Positions 28,474-38,461 of a stretch of 64,000 nt of DNA are shown piece after piece. The stretch covers positions 32,001-96,000 of the IMG/VR virus record IMGVR_UViG_3300035183_000096. One strand, written 5' to 3'. Both the position numbers and the translations under genes were made by a program. Position 1 is the stretch's first letter; each line of letters starts with the position of its first letter. Under the pieces are notes generated by a model that ran no database searches, was not told where the DNA came from, and was given only the letters and a program-made list of their open reading frames with translations. The stretch is from a virus.

Positions 28474-28705
28474 ACATAAGATAATGCCAACCACAAAGAC
28501 GTTTGAGAAGTTTACGCAGTTATTACTAGCAGCTTATGAGCATAATGGTGATACTGACATAATGTGGACGCCTGACATAGAAATGTTTGAGGTAGAGTTA
28601 GATAAAGATGACAACTTTCTGTTAAGTGGGGATATAATAACAAGTTCACAAGAATTACAAGAGTTTATCAAGAAGAAGAGAGGTGGTAACAATGAAGGCA
28701 ATTAG
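28433..28705 (+). CDS. Small protein paralogous to the clip region of this phage's portal
   Basis: IRIWKLGNLEH..P....F.K....L.A.....G..DIMWTPD matches portal IRVWKLGSLEH..P....F.K....L.A....G..DIIWGPD. Confidence 0.8.
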   Translation: MKKKIRIWKLGNLEHKIMPTTKTFEKFTQLLLAAYEHNGDTDIMWTPDIEMFEVELDKDDNFLLSGDIITSSQELQEFIKKKRGGNNEGN

Positions 28706-29108
28706 ACAAATAGGTAATGGTTTGCAATTTGAGGCAGAAGCAGATAGTCAACTTGGTCTATTTAAGGCTCTTGCCGACATCGACAAAACCTATCAGGAAG
28801 TATTCGGCGAAAAACAATGTGGTTGCTGCCAGTCTAATAACATCTTTTTCAATGAAAGAAATGTAGAGAAAGAAGACGCAAAGACAAAGAAAGTTAAGAA
28901 GTACCAATACTTTGAAATGAAGTGTCGTGACTGTTGGGCTACTTTGTCGTTTGGCCAACACCAAGAAGGTGACACACTGTTCCCTAAGCGTAAACTTGAG
29001 AATGGTGAGTTTGATAAAGAACATAGGGGCTGGAAGAGATGGAAGAAGACAGAACAACCTGCTAAGAGTTCAGCAAAGAAAAATGAAGATGATGATGCCC
29101 CATTCTAA
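28692..29108 (+). CDS. Zinc-binding protein with SSB-like acidic C-terminal tail
   Basis: CGCC and CRDC pairs; ends KKNEDDDAPF; GAGGTGG RBS before ATG 28692. Confidence 0.7.
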   Translation: MKAIRQIGNGLQFEAEADSQLGLFKALADIDKTYQEVFGEKQCGCCQSNNIFFNERNVEKEDAKTKKVKKYQYFEMKCRDCWATLSFGQHQEGDTLFPKRKLENGEFDKEHRGWKRWKKTEQPAKSSAKKNEDDDAPF

Positions 29109-29113
29109 TTCAT

Positions 29114-29158
29114 AAAAAAAAAGACGGGAGGGAACTTAACCCTACCCGTCTTTTCTTT
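29114..29158. terminator. Bidirectional intrinsic terminator between the convergent arms
   Basis: A-run + GACGGG-AGGG...CCCT-A-CCCGTC stem + TTTTCTTT. Confidence 0.85.
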
Positions 29159-29462
29159 ATCTTTTAATCATATCAAAGTCTAGTTTATCTTTATCTTTGG
29201 GGTCATCAGAATGAGCATTAAGCCATTTAGTTACCCAATTCTTACCAAAAGTTATTAAAGCAACAATCAACGGAGTGGCCCAAGTCATATCTTTGAAATC
29301 AATTGTAGATATTTGCGTGCCTAAGTATGTTAGAGCAGCACCTATACCGGTAACTATACTAACCACAGCCACATCTGTCCATTGCTTACCACTTTTAACA
29401 GTGGTCCATCCAGCACTACCAAAGTTTTTTGTACCTTTTGCTATTTTTCCGAATATATTCAT
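29157..29462 (-). CDS. Putative holin / small membrane protein
   Basis: Two hydrophobic helices and a charged C-terminus; last gene of the late arm. Confidence 0.55.
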   Translation of the reverse strand: MNIFGKIAKGTKNFGSAGWTTVKSGKQWTDVAVVSIVTGIGAALTYLGTQISTIDFKDMTWATPLIVALITFGKNWVTKWLNAHSDDPKDKDKLDFDMIKR

Positions 29463-29546
29463 GATAAGGCTTCCTCTCGTGACCATTGTGCTATTGTTTT
29501 TGTTTCTCCAACTTAGTTGTGCGATTAAGCCAACCTTTTTTGTACA

Positions 29547-30206
29547 TTACATATATTCCAAACTTGCATAAAGCCCAAATTTATCTTTACTACCAATACT
29601 TGTTGGTGTTGCAGACATAGCCAAGAACCAATCGTGAATAGTGTCGCCCGTACCACCATTGATTGGGTTTGACCATGAACCAAAGCCACCCATTCCTGGA
29701 TTAGGAGTTAGACTTAAGGTTACAGCACTTCCATAAATCTCAATCCAACCACTATCACCCTTACCTGAGCTAGTAGCACTTACACCAGATGCGCCAGATG
29801 GCTTAATAATTTCAGCTAAGAAGCAACGTACACCGCTTGGAGGATTATCAATGTTGCTTCTATCGAAAATTCTAACCACAACGTTATCTACTTCAACAGC
29901 AGAACTGTGTGAGAATCTAATTTTGCAAGTAGCTTCTTCATTATATAGGTACAATAAAGGAATGGTGCCTGTACCACGATTGTTGTTAATTACGTTAGAA
30001 CTCGATAATGGAACCGCTCTATTATTATTAAGAGCGCCACCGTTAGCAGTACCAACACTGTTTGTAATATAAGTAGTACCTTGAAACTCATTGACTTTTA
30101 CACTAGCGCCAAAGCCGGCGTCACCATAAAAACCAATACCAGAGCCACCTAAATCGGTTAAGGTAGAACCACCTCCACCTATACCATAAAATGTAATTGC
30201 AGCCAT
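29547..30206 (-). CDS. Putative virion structural protein
   Basis: G/S/T-rich beta-type composition; GAGG RBS; promoter-like motifs upstream. Confidence 0.55.
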   Translation of the reverse strand: MAAITFYGIGGGGSTLTDLGGSGIGFYGDAGFGASVKVNEFQGTTYITNSVGTANGGALNNNRAVPLSSSNVINNNRGTGTIPLLYLYNEEATCKIRFSHSSAVEVDNVVVRIFDRSNIDNPPSGVRCFLAEIIKPSGASGVSATSSGKGDSGWIEIYGSAVTLSLTPNPGMGGFGSWSNPINGGTGDTIHDWFLAMSATPTSIGSKDKFGLYASLEYM

Positions 30207-30234
30207 ACAGTATTATCCTCATGTAAATAAGCGA

Positions 30235-30275
30235 ATTACTACACCTAATTTAATACACTAATGTAATGCACACCT
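30235..30275 (-). promoter_or_regulatory. Tandem GGTGTA-like motifs (putative late promoter)
   Basis: Minus strand reads AGGTGTGCATT, AGTGTATTA, AGGTGTAGTAAT. Confidence 0.55.
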
Positions 30276-33200
30276 TTAGCAATTAGCTGCAATTACTACG
30301 AACTTATTAGCCTGTGGTAGATAGCCACACAAAACTTTTGTTTTCTCACTTATAACAGCACTAGACCAGTTGTAAACTTCCATTGTTCCATCCAAACCTA
30401 TACTATTGCTTAATTTCTTATCATCTAAGCCTAACAGCCGTATCTTAGCTTTTGGCCATTTATCCTTTTTATATACTCTTGGGTCTGAGTCACATGCGTC
30501 TAAGTCTTCGAGCAAATACCCATAAACTGTACCGTGTGGTGTCCATACGCCACGCATATCATCCCAAAGTAAATCAACTGGTCCTGTTCTATATTTCATA
30601 ATATCGCGTCTATCTTCTTCGTTTAGATAGTCTCTAGCAACTTCCCAATCGCCATTATTTTTTACAGTATCTTGAGCAGAACGACAATATATGTTAAAAC
30701 CATATCCACTTACAATTAGCGGTCCCTTAAGACCAATAGCCCTTACATTATCACCAGTTTTTGATTGTCTTGAATACGTTATTGTCTTAGTTTTATAGTT
30801 ATAATCAAAACTCTTCATATCTTTATTGAAGGTTGTGCCTCTTGAATAAACTATAATATCATTATCTTGCCTAAATGGATTTAGCGTTTGGCAAGTCATT
30901 TTACGGTCATCATTTTTAAGCTGAAGAATAGGCTCAATAAACGCTGGCATATACTCATCATCTTTCTTTGTGGAATATGGACGAAGTAAGCCGTTAATAG
31001 ACATCATAGCTGTTTGTTGAAAATGAGAATTATCCCTTGGGTTAATTGATGCTAAAGCATCGCCTGGAGTCATTGCAGCAACTTCAGAGTAACCCTTGTC
31101 AGTTATGTTATAATGTGTAGCAAACAAAATAGCATGTGGGCTTTTAGTATTTATTGCTGAGTGCATACCGTCACGATAGGCTTGATAAATAGTAATAACA
31201 TTATCATAGAACTTATGAAAGGCTTCACGGGCACGTGCCCTAACCGTCTGTATGCCTCTTCCTATCCTAGCCAACCTTTCTTCCTGTTTTTTGCTTAGAC
31301 TGCCTAGAAATCTATAGTCAAATGTCTTGAGCTTATAAGATGTTACCGCTCCCTGTTGACCTATACTTACGTCTATACCTGTAATATTAGAACCAGCAGC
31401 CACCAAGTTGTCTCCTAAACTAAACGCTGGCAAACCAGCAACTCTTACATCGCCCGCTTCACTTACCAGTAAGTTTGTAGCACTAGAGAATAACTTAGAT
31501 ACGGCTGCCAAATGCATACCAGCATATCCACCAAAATTCCAAGGGGCTAAATTAGTGTCTTGTTCAAATTCGGAGCGTCCGATAGCGCCGTTTAAGAACC
31601 AAAAACCAACGCCCGCAGGTCCACCACCATAGGTTATCAAATTATTACGAATAGGTACAGCAATAGCTGCCGGCATTAAGCATTTAGCCGGAATGCCTAT
31701 ACCATTAGTTGGAACCATATTTGTACTTAAGAATTTTAATGTTGGTGCTGTGTTGAAACCATTACCAAAAATTGCGGGAATAGATTCTTCTATGTTATAA
31801 GGATATTTATATACTGCTGTTATTGTCTGAGATAGATTTACTATTACATGGGGAAATGGCGAGTATTTTATGCCGCCATCTATAGAAGCCTGAACATAAG
31901 CCCCATTAGACTGTAACACGCTACTCCTACTAACGGCTGACATTGCATCAATACGTTTATCATTAAAATAGGCGAAACTACCTAATCTAAAACTAGACTG
32001 TTCAAACAGTAACTGATTAAGAGGGGATAAGCCTAGTGGTGTGGAGCCAAATGAGACATAGCCTCCCTCTGTATCAATATCGTGACTATTTTTAATGTTA
32101 GCTGTTTCTGTTTCAATATATGTCATCACGAAAGGTAAAGCAACTAAGAATGACTTACCCATATACTGATTACCAGCACTAGAGACAAGTCTATGAAGCC
32201 TAGACGCCTTAGTTAAACCTTTATTGGTTCCAGTTCTTGCTCCATGCAAAAAATCAGACATAGCATCATCCATCTTGTGTACTGGTTGTCCAGGCTTTGG
32301 TCCAATATCAGCCTGAACAACAGTTTGCAAGGCGGAAATATCATATTGATTAGCTATTCCGAGAATATTCGCAAGTTGAGGCTTTTGATTAGCAATATAG
32401 TTATTCCAATACTGCTCACCAGCCACAGCCATACGAATCTCAGCCACCGTACAGTTATAGAATGGTCCTATGAAATCCACACAGGACAAACTGTTAAGTG
32501 TTACCCCAGTCTCATCTTCCAGGTTAGCACTAACTAAAGGATTACCATTCAAATCAGCACCCCAATAAGGTAATATACTAGCTTGAGTAGCCAGATAAAG
32601 TTCGCTGATATTAGCTCCAACCAAAAACTTGCTGGTTGGTCCATCATTACGGAGTTCCCATCCTCTATTTTTACTTTCTACTTGCTTATTAGACTCAACG
32701 AATCTATTGATGGAACCCGAATTTGGTCCGTTATTATAAGCTATTTGAACTTTACGGTTTACTGTGCGTACCTTAATAACATTATCATCACTCATCTCAA
32801 GAAAGTAATCTACGCCAGCATCAGTACATCTTTGAGATATGGCATCTAACAAACTTACTTGTGGGTTACCTCTAATTCTGTACCAGAATGGAGCAAATTG
32901 TATTTCAGTAAGGTCAAGAGTGTATCGATTTTGTAAATCTCTAAAACGTAACGGCCCACCCAAACCCGGACCAAATCCATTATTTACAATTGAGTTAAGA
33001 GCAATATAAATTGTTCGCCAAGGCATACCACCTTCATTAGTATGAGATGTGCCAAAACCAGTTAAGTTTTCCCAGAAACCAAATACGTTGATGATATTTG
33101 GTACTGCGGAAGTGGCGCTATAATATGATGACGTTACAAGTTGAGTTCCTGCTAGAATTTCCTTAGCATCAGTTAATGTAACCTCAAACGTAGGATTGCC

Positions 33201-33455
33201 GCCGCGAGCATTTGTCTGTCTCCAACTTTGCAAAAGACCTCTAAAACGAAATGAACCAAATGTAAATGTATATGGTAAACCTATACCTGGGTCTGGAGAG
33301 TTGTTGAACACAAAACTATCACCATATAGTCTATCCTCTACAAGATTGATTGTGCATGTACTTCCCTGTTCCCCCCACCCTATATTCGAGTTGAATCCGG
33401 CGACGGAACACCCTAGAAACTTGATAGCTTCTGTTCCATGTCTTTTCTTAGTCAT
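30276..33455 (-). CDS. Tail tip / baseplate hub-like protein
   Basis: 1059 aa downstream of TMP; N-terminal hub-like pattern (..TF.VTLTD.KEIL, SLLDAISQ.C.DAGVDY). Confidence 0.6.
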   Translation of the reverse strand: MTKKRHGTEAIKFLGCSVAGFNSNIGWGEQGSTCTINLVEDRLYGDSFVFNNSPDPGIGLPYTFTFGSFRFRGLLQSWRQTNARGGNPTFEVTLTDAKEILAGTQLVTSSYYSATSAVPNIINVFGFWENLTGFGTSHTNEGGMPWRTIYIALNSIVNNGFGPGLGGPLRFRDLQNRYTLDLTEIQFAPFWYRIRGNPQVSLLDAISQRCTDAGVDYFLEMSDDNVIKVRTVNRKVQIAYNNGPNSGSINRFVESNKQVESKNRGWELRNDGPTSKFLVGANISELYLATQASILPYWGADLNGNPLVSANLEDETGVTLNSLSCVDFIGPFYNCTVAEIRMAVAGEQYWNNYIANQKPQLANILGIANQYDISALQTVVQADIGPKPGQPVHKMDDAMSDFLHGARTGTNKGLTKASRLHRLVSSAGNQYMGKSFLVALPFVMTYIETETANIKNSHDIDTEGGYVSFGSTPLGLSPLNQLLFEQSSFRLGSFAYFNDKRIDAMSAVSRSSVLQSNGAYVQASIDGGIKYSPFPHVIVNLSQTITAVYKYPYNIEESIPAIFGNGFNTAPTLKFLSTNMVPTNGIGIPAKCLMPAAIAVPIRNNLITYGGGPAGVGFWFLNGAIGRSEFEQDTNLAPWNFGGYAGMHLAAVSKLFSSATNLLVSEAGDVRVAGLPAFSLGDNLVAAGSNITGIDVSIGQQGAVTSYKLKTFDYRFLGSLSKKQEERLARIGRGIQTVRARAREAFHKFYDNVITIYQAYRDGMHSAINTKSPHAILFATHYNITDKGYSEVAAMTPGDALASINPRDNSHFQQTAMMSINGLLRPYSTKKDDEYMPAFIEPILQLKNDDRKMTCQTLNPFRQDNDIIVYSRGTTFNKDMKSFDYNYKTKTITYSRQSKTGDNVRAIGLKGPLIVSGYGFNIYCRSAQDTVKNNGDWEVARDYLNEEDRRDIMKYRTGPVDLLWDDMRGVWTPHGTVYGYLLEDLDACDSDPRVYKKDKWPKAKIRLLGLDDKKLSNSIGLDGTMEVYNWSSAVISEKTKVLCGYLPQANKFVVIAANC

Positions 33456-33460
33456 TATTA

Positions 33461-34993
33461 TTATCCTCTTTCATATGTCCATTCATATGACCTAGTATAT
33501 CTTCCTGTAGATGGACTCCATGTTTCTTGGTCGTTACTTACAAAAATGTAAGGACTTTCATAATTAGGGATAAGGTTAGTCAACACAGCAATGACGTTCG
33601 CTCTTACGGATGTTGGTGCAACTAGGTTTTCCATACAAGTACCAGTAAGCCCAACAACCGCTTCGATTACTACTGAGCGTTTTGTAGCCCTAGTTGTTCC
33701 AAGACCCTGCAATACTGGACCTTGAAATCTATTCAATACCAATATCTGTGCTACCTCATCCACATCACCATAAGGGTTGTCATCTGTGATTGTTATACTT
33801 TCGCTTAAGACGCCGCTACCAAGACAGTTGCTTGGTCTATTATTATACTCGTAGTTATAGGTAATTGTCCCGGCAAAAGGATTGCGCCCCACAACTTCAT
33901 TAACAGTATTTACATTGAGCTTAAGACCAGAGTAGTTTTGTGCTCTTGTAATTAAGAATGGTTTAATACCACTCCATGCAATATTCGCATTTGCGTACTT
34001 TAAGTGACTAGCTGGAAACTCAACACTATCAATATCTGTACTATCCAATCCTGTGATAACACCCTGGATACTTACAGTTGTTAGTCCATCTTGTTGACTC
34101 TTACGAGATTCTACACTGAAAGTTTCGTAAAAATTACCAGTTGATAACACCCAACTCTCTGTAACCGAATACTCTCCATTAAAGTAATTTATGTTTTGAT
34201 TTCTAACATGATTATAGGCCGCATATACATTAGTATCTATATTGATTGTCCCACTCATAGCAAGCATAGGATTATAACCTAGACGACTTTCAACCCATTC
34301 TTTGGCATTTTCCCACGCCTCTTTGTTAATAACAGTCGGGTTTTCACTATCTTCCCAAGTCCTTAAACCAACAGCACTTACGGTATGCTGAATGCGAAAG
34401 ATTCCATAAACTTCTGTATCAAAATCCATTGTCCAGCTTTCGTTTACGTTCTGAACATAGTAATCCTTTGGTATATCACTACCATCGTTTTTGTCAGCAG
34501 ATATTGGGTCGCCGTCATTAGCATCTTCATAAGGTGCTAACGAAGGAATACCACAAATAAGTCTATCTGTTTCTAATTCAATAGTATAATCACAAGTTTC
34601 TACCCATGTGCCCTCTGGAAAACTAATATCTTTAACGCGGGGTTGACACTTCATACCCGGTTGGTCATTCCAGGGTGTGATTTCAAACCATCGGCCATCT
34701 CTTGAAAATAAATCACGAATAGCTTCCTGCTTCACGCGAATAGCATTCTGTCTATCATTTACACTTAGAGCGCCATCCGCTGGATAATCAAACGTACCAC
34801 CACTATCAAATAAAGCCTCATTTGTAGTTCCTGTAGCTACAATAGGCGAGCCTTTGTATGGTATAATCTTACCCTTAACACTTATATTATAAATAGGACT
34901 TATCTTTCTTGAGTCCCCCGCCCTACGATAGCTTTTACCTATCGTTACTAGAGGAGCGGGAATTAGCTTTTTTCCATCATATATGACTGGCAT
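33461..34993 (-). CDS. Tail protein (distal-tail-like, internally repeated beta domains)
   Basis: Position after TMP/fibre; repeated ..G.YSVTESW / GTITYNYEY / GRYTRSYEW strands. Confidence 0.55.
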   Translation of the reverse strand: MPVIYDGKKLIPAPLVTIGKSYRRAGDSRKISPIYNISVKGKIIPYKGSPIVATGTTNEALFDSGGTFDYPADGALSVNDRQNAIRVKQEAIRDLFSRDGRWFEITPWNDQPGMKCQPRVKDISFPEGTWVETCDYTIELETDRLICGIPSLAPYEDANDGDPISADKNDGSDIPKDYYVQNVNESWTMDFDTEVYGIFRIQHTVSAVGLRTWEDSENPTVINKEAWENAKEWVESRLGYNPMLAMSGTINIDTNVYAAYNHVRNQNINYFNGEYSVTESWVLSTGNFYETFSVESRKSQQDGLTTVSIQGVITGLDSTDIDSVEFPASHLKYANANIAWSGIKPFLITRAQNYSGLKLNVNTVNEVVGRNPFAGTITYNYEYNNRPSNCLGSGVLSESITITDDNPYGDVDEVAQILVLNRFQGPVLQGLGTTRATKRSVVIEAVVGLTGTCMENLVAPTSVRANVIAVLTNLIPNYESPYIFVSNDQETWSPSTGRYTRSYEWTYERG

Positions 34994-34994
34994 A

Positions 34995-37900
34995 TTACCA
35001 TCCTCTTACAAATAGGTTCCCTTGCTTGATGATTTTATCAGAAGTCTTCGGCATTACCAATTTTATATCATTGTCATAAGTTGATGAGGCTGCATTCAAA
35101 AATAGGTCAAAATCTCCAGATATACCAGGAATATAACCGTTGATATATAAAGGCGTTTGCTGTCCAATAGCTGTTTCAATAAACAAATTCATACTGTCAT
35201 CAAATGTTATAAACCCATCTCTTTCTCCTGAGCCTATTATCCATAGGTCAATACTATCTGTAGCACTTAATACGCTATTATGCAAGTAAAGAGGTAGTGT
35301 GCTGTCAAACTCACTCCATCCACCCTCTATACACAAGTTCATTGATTCATCGAATTCTTCAAAGGCTACAGTTTCTAGGTATAATGGCATATCTTCTAGC
35401 CATTCACCTTCTATTTCACTTGTCTTTAAGTATAAGTCTAAACCAGAAGTAAACCCAGTGCTATTTGTACTAAACATCCATAGGTCAGCCCTAGAGTCTA
35501 GTGGAGTAATAGGATTACCCTGTAAATATAGATTTAGACTTTCATTGCTTACATCAAAACCGTGTATAAATAGGTCTATGGGCGATTGCTCTATTGTGCT
35601 TATAAATAATGGTATAGAACTACTAAAATCATCAATTGAGTTGATGTATAGGTTCAAATCCCCACTACCATCATCTTTGCCGCGAATGAATAATTCAGTG
35701 TAAACAGGGTGGATATATAAATCCACACCATCTACCCAGTTGTCAAATTCGCCGCCACTCATGTATAGGTCAAATTGACTATTCAGTGGTTTCGCGGAAG
35801 CCTCTACCCATAGGTTCAAGTTCTCGGATAAGTCAGTAGGTGTCCATACCTTTAAGTAAAGTTCATTAAGTTGACCACACCCAATGTTTTCCGCAACACC
35901 AATCATATTTAGGTTTATGCTAAGACTACTATCTCCACCACCACCAATATATAGATTCAAGTCCTCATTAACTGGTGAATGTATATATAAGTCTAGGCTT
36001 GGGTCAAAATCTAAAGCGTCATCCTTTCCTTTTGCAAACAGAGGAACACCAGTAGAGTTAAAGAAGAATGGGTCTGTAAGTTCTCCTTGAATGAATAAAT
36101 TAAGCCCTTCATCTGCCCCGTACACGCCATCAATAAATAATGATGTAAACCTACCAGCACCAGCATTCACTGTTGTTTGAACTGGAATCGGTCCCTCTAT
36201 TGGCATATAAATATCACGATAACTGGTATAGGAGTTCCATACCTCATCTGCTTCAAAAGCTCTATCACGATAAACACGAACATCCTTAACACATCCATGG
36301 AAGAATGTATCTTTAAGAAAGTTATCAATACCATCCTCAGTACCAGTCTTAAATAATCTTGGCTTATCCCCAGTATTATAAGCAATAGGGAATGTACATG
36401 GACCTTGGGCTATCAATAGTCCATCCAAATACAACTTCATTGTGCCATTACCACTGCCCGGACTTATACCACCAAATATCATAAAGTCTGGTGGACTAGA
36501 TAGAAAGACGCCAGTTTCTTCACCACTACCAGAGCCACTTGGGTCTGGAGTTGTATATTCGTTTGGCATTGCCACTGCGGTTATGTGGTGCCAGTCCGTG
36601 TCATCATACCTAATAGAATTTTCCACTCCACCAGAAATAACATCACCGACTGTATATCCATTTATGGCAAATCTTATGGTGGAAACAGGAGTGCCGGTTC
36701 CAATGCCTGAGTATCCTCCTACTAATCTTAGGTCATAACCACGATTAAATTGCCAAGAAATAATTGGGCCTTCGAGTGTAGTGAATGTCGCTTTTGGAGA
36801 TTTACGACGCACCCAAGCGCTTAATGTTATAGCACCAGTTGCGTCTATAGTACCAGAAGTGTAGTTGTTTATCTCACCATATATGTTTAAGTCTGTTCCA
36901 CCAGGACCAAGTTCTTCCTGGAAGTTAATTATCTTACCAAAGTCTTGGTCGAAATCCCATTGATACTCGTCATTTGACCCAACACCAGATTCGCCGCCTA
37001 AATTACCATCCCAATAGAAGTATTTAGCATCAGCCCTTAATATATCAGTGCTATGCTTACTAAACGTATTGTTATACAAACTTGGGCCATGCCCCTCATT
37101 CATAGGCCAAAATGCGACTTGCCCGTCTTCCCAGACTGAGTTATAATTAGCAAGAGAATGTAAGTGTGGGTAATCGTAAGGATAAGTCTTTTCAATAAAA
37201 AATAGGGCGGCTTGTGTACCAGAATCTTGTACTCCCCATATACATAGAGGTATTGAACTGTCAGGTAAAGGTTCTCCCTCCAAGTGTAGTGGGATGTTTC
37301 TTGAGTCTGTATCGTAACCTTTGATAAATAGATTTCCAACCATACCCTCGTGGTATAACACACTGCTTTCTATAGAGATAGGTTGCATATACTCAGGTGT
37401 TTGGAAAAATCTATTCTTTTGACGACGATATAAGTCCACATGCTCACTAATTTCTAATGGCTTGTCTATAAATAACACGTCGCTTAAGCTACCACTGTAC
37501 CCAGTAGTATTATAAAAGGTAACACCAAACTCATCTGCATAACTAACAGCATCTCCACTGCCAAACTTTAGATACTGACTAGGACCATAAGAATAACCAA
37601 GACCAGGATAAGCCAATCTATTATAACCATTACCCTCAATAACATCATTTTGCTGAACAACCCTACCATTTATTGCGGTTGTAAATTGCCAATAAGAAAA
37701 ACCAAAAATAGGTGATGTCAATGGCTTCATTGAACATGAGAAGTAATTCCAGTCATTTGGACGCAATGCTCCTGTAAAAGAAACATCTGATGCTGTAAAT
37801 CCAGCGGTTCTATTTGTAAATTCAGTTGGATATAATTGCGCGAATGTGCTTGGTACTTCAGAACCTTCTCTAAAGAATATGGATATAGGACCATTTTGTA

Positions 37901-38459
37901 CAACAACATAGGCCGCTGTAGTAGGACTCGACGGTTTCTTTGTGGTCTTATACCAAAACGCAATTGTGTGGCCTTCACTGCTTATACTACCATCTAATCC
38001 CAAGTGGTGCATATTATAAGGAATACCACTAAAAAATACGCTATCCCCAGTATTTTGAAAGTTTAGACACAATCCTCTTTGCTCATCATATTGTACGCTG
38101 GCCCCTGATAAAGTGCCATCAATACCACTATTATGAGTAACATAGGCTCCATAATAAACCACTGGAGCATAACCAAGATTGCGTAATGTGGGCGAGTTAA
38201 AGTCTAGTGTAGGCCAATATCCAGCTATATAATCCTTTGGGAAATAATCTTCATTATTAGTCAATATAGGACTATTCCATGCGTTTAATGGATAGGTCTT
38301 CTCTATCCTTATAAACTTGGACCTATATGTAACTTCACTTTCGCCTACAGCTATCATACTCAAAGGAATATCACCATTTGATGGTGTTGGTGGGTCGCCA
38401 AACACCATCAGTGGTGGTTCATCCCCTAAGAATGTACTACTTAGAATTATGTCAGACAT
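34995..38459 (-). CDS. LamG/concanavalin-like domain tail fibre or adhesin with LxLxIxG repeats
   Basis: Two LamG-like domains (TIAFWYK/ITLSAWV, WNY/WHHITAV, LYLDG, DVRVYRDRA) and many L.L[YF]I.G repeats. Confidence 0.75.
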   Translation of the reverse strand: MSDIILSSTFLGDEPPLMVFGDPPTPSNGDIPLSMIAVGESEVTYRSKFIRIEKTYPLNAWNSPILTNNEDYFPKDYIAGYWPTLDFNSPTLRNLGYAPVVYYGAYVTHNSGIDGTLSGASVQYDEQRGLCLNFQNTGDSVFFSGIPYNMHHLGLDGSISSEGHTIAFWYKTTKKPSSPTTAAYVVVQNGPISIFFREGSEVPSTFAQLYPTEFTNRTAGFTASDVSFTGALRPNDWNYFSCSMKPLTSPIFGFSYWQFTTAINGRVVQQNDVIEGNGYNRLAYPGLGYSYGPSQYLKFGSGDAVSYADEFGVTFYNTTGYSGSLSDVLFIDKPLEISEHVDLYRRQKNRFFQTPEYMQPISIESSVLYHEGMVGNLFIKGYDTDSRNIPLHLEGEPLPDSSIPLCIWGVQDSGTQAALFFIEKTYPYDYPHLHSLANYNSVWEDGQVAFWPMNEGHGPSLYNNTFSKHSTDILRADAKYFYWDGNLGGESGVGSNDEYQWDFDQDFGKIINFQEELGPGGTDLNIYGEINNYTSGTIDATGAITLSAWVRRKSPKATFTTLEGPIISWQFNRGYDLRLVGGYSGIGTGTPVSTIRFAINGYTVGDVISGGVENSIRYDDTDWHHITAVAMPNEYTTPDPSGSGSGEETGVFLSSPPDFMIFGGISPGSGNGTMKLYLDGLLIAQGPCTFPIAYNTGDKPRLFKTGTEDGIDNFLKDTFFHGCVKDVRVYRDRAFEADEVWNSYTSYRDIYMPIEGPIPVQTTVNAGAGRFTSLFIDGVYGADEGLNLFIQGELTDPFFFNSTGVPLFAKGKDDALDFDPSLDLYIHSPVNEDLNLYIGGGGDSSLSINLNMIGVAENIGCGQLNELYLKVWTPTDLSENLNLWVEASAKPLNSQFDLYMSGGEFDNWVDGVDLYIHPVYTELFIRGKDDGSGDLNLYINSIDDFSSSIPLFISTIEQSPIDLFIHGFDVSNESLNLYLQGNPITPLDSRADLWMFSTNSTGFTSGLDLYLKTSEIEGEWLEDMPLYLETVAFEEFDESMNLCIEGGWSEFDSTLPLYLHNSVLSATDSIDLWIIGSGERDGFITFDDSMNLFIETAIGQQTPLYINGYIPGISGDFDLFLNAASSTYDNDIKLVMPKTSDKIIKQGNLFVRGW

Positions 38460-38461
38460 TC

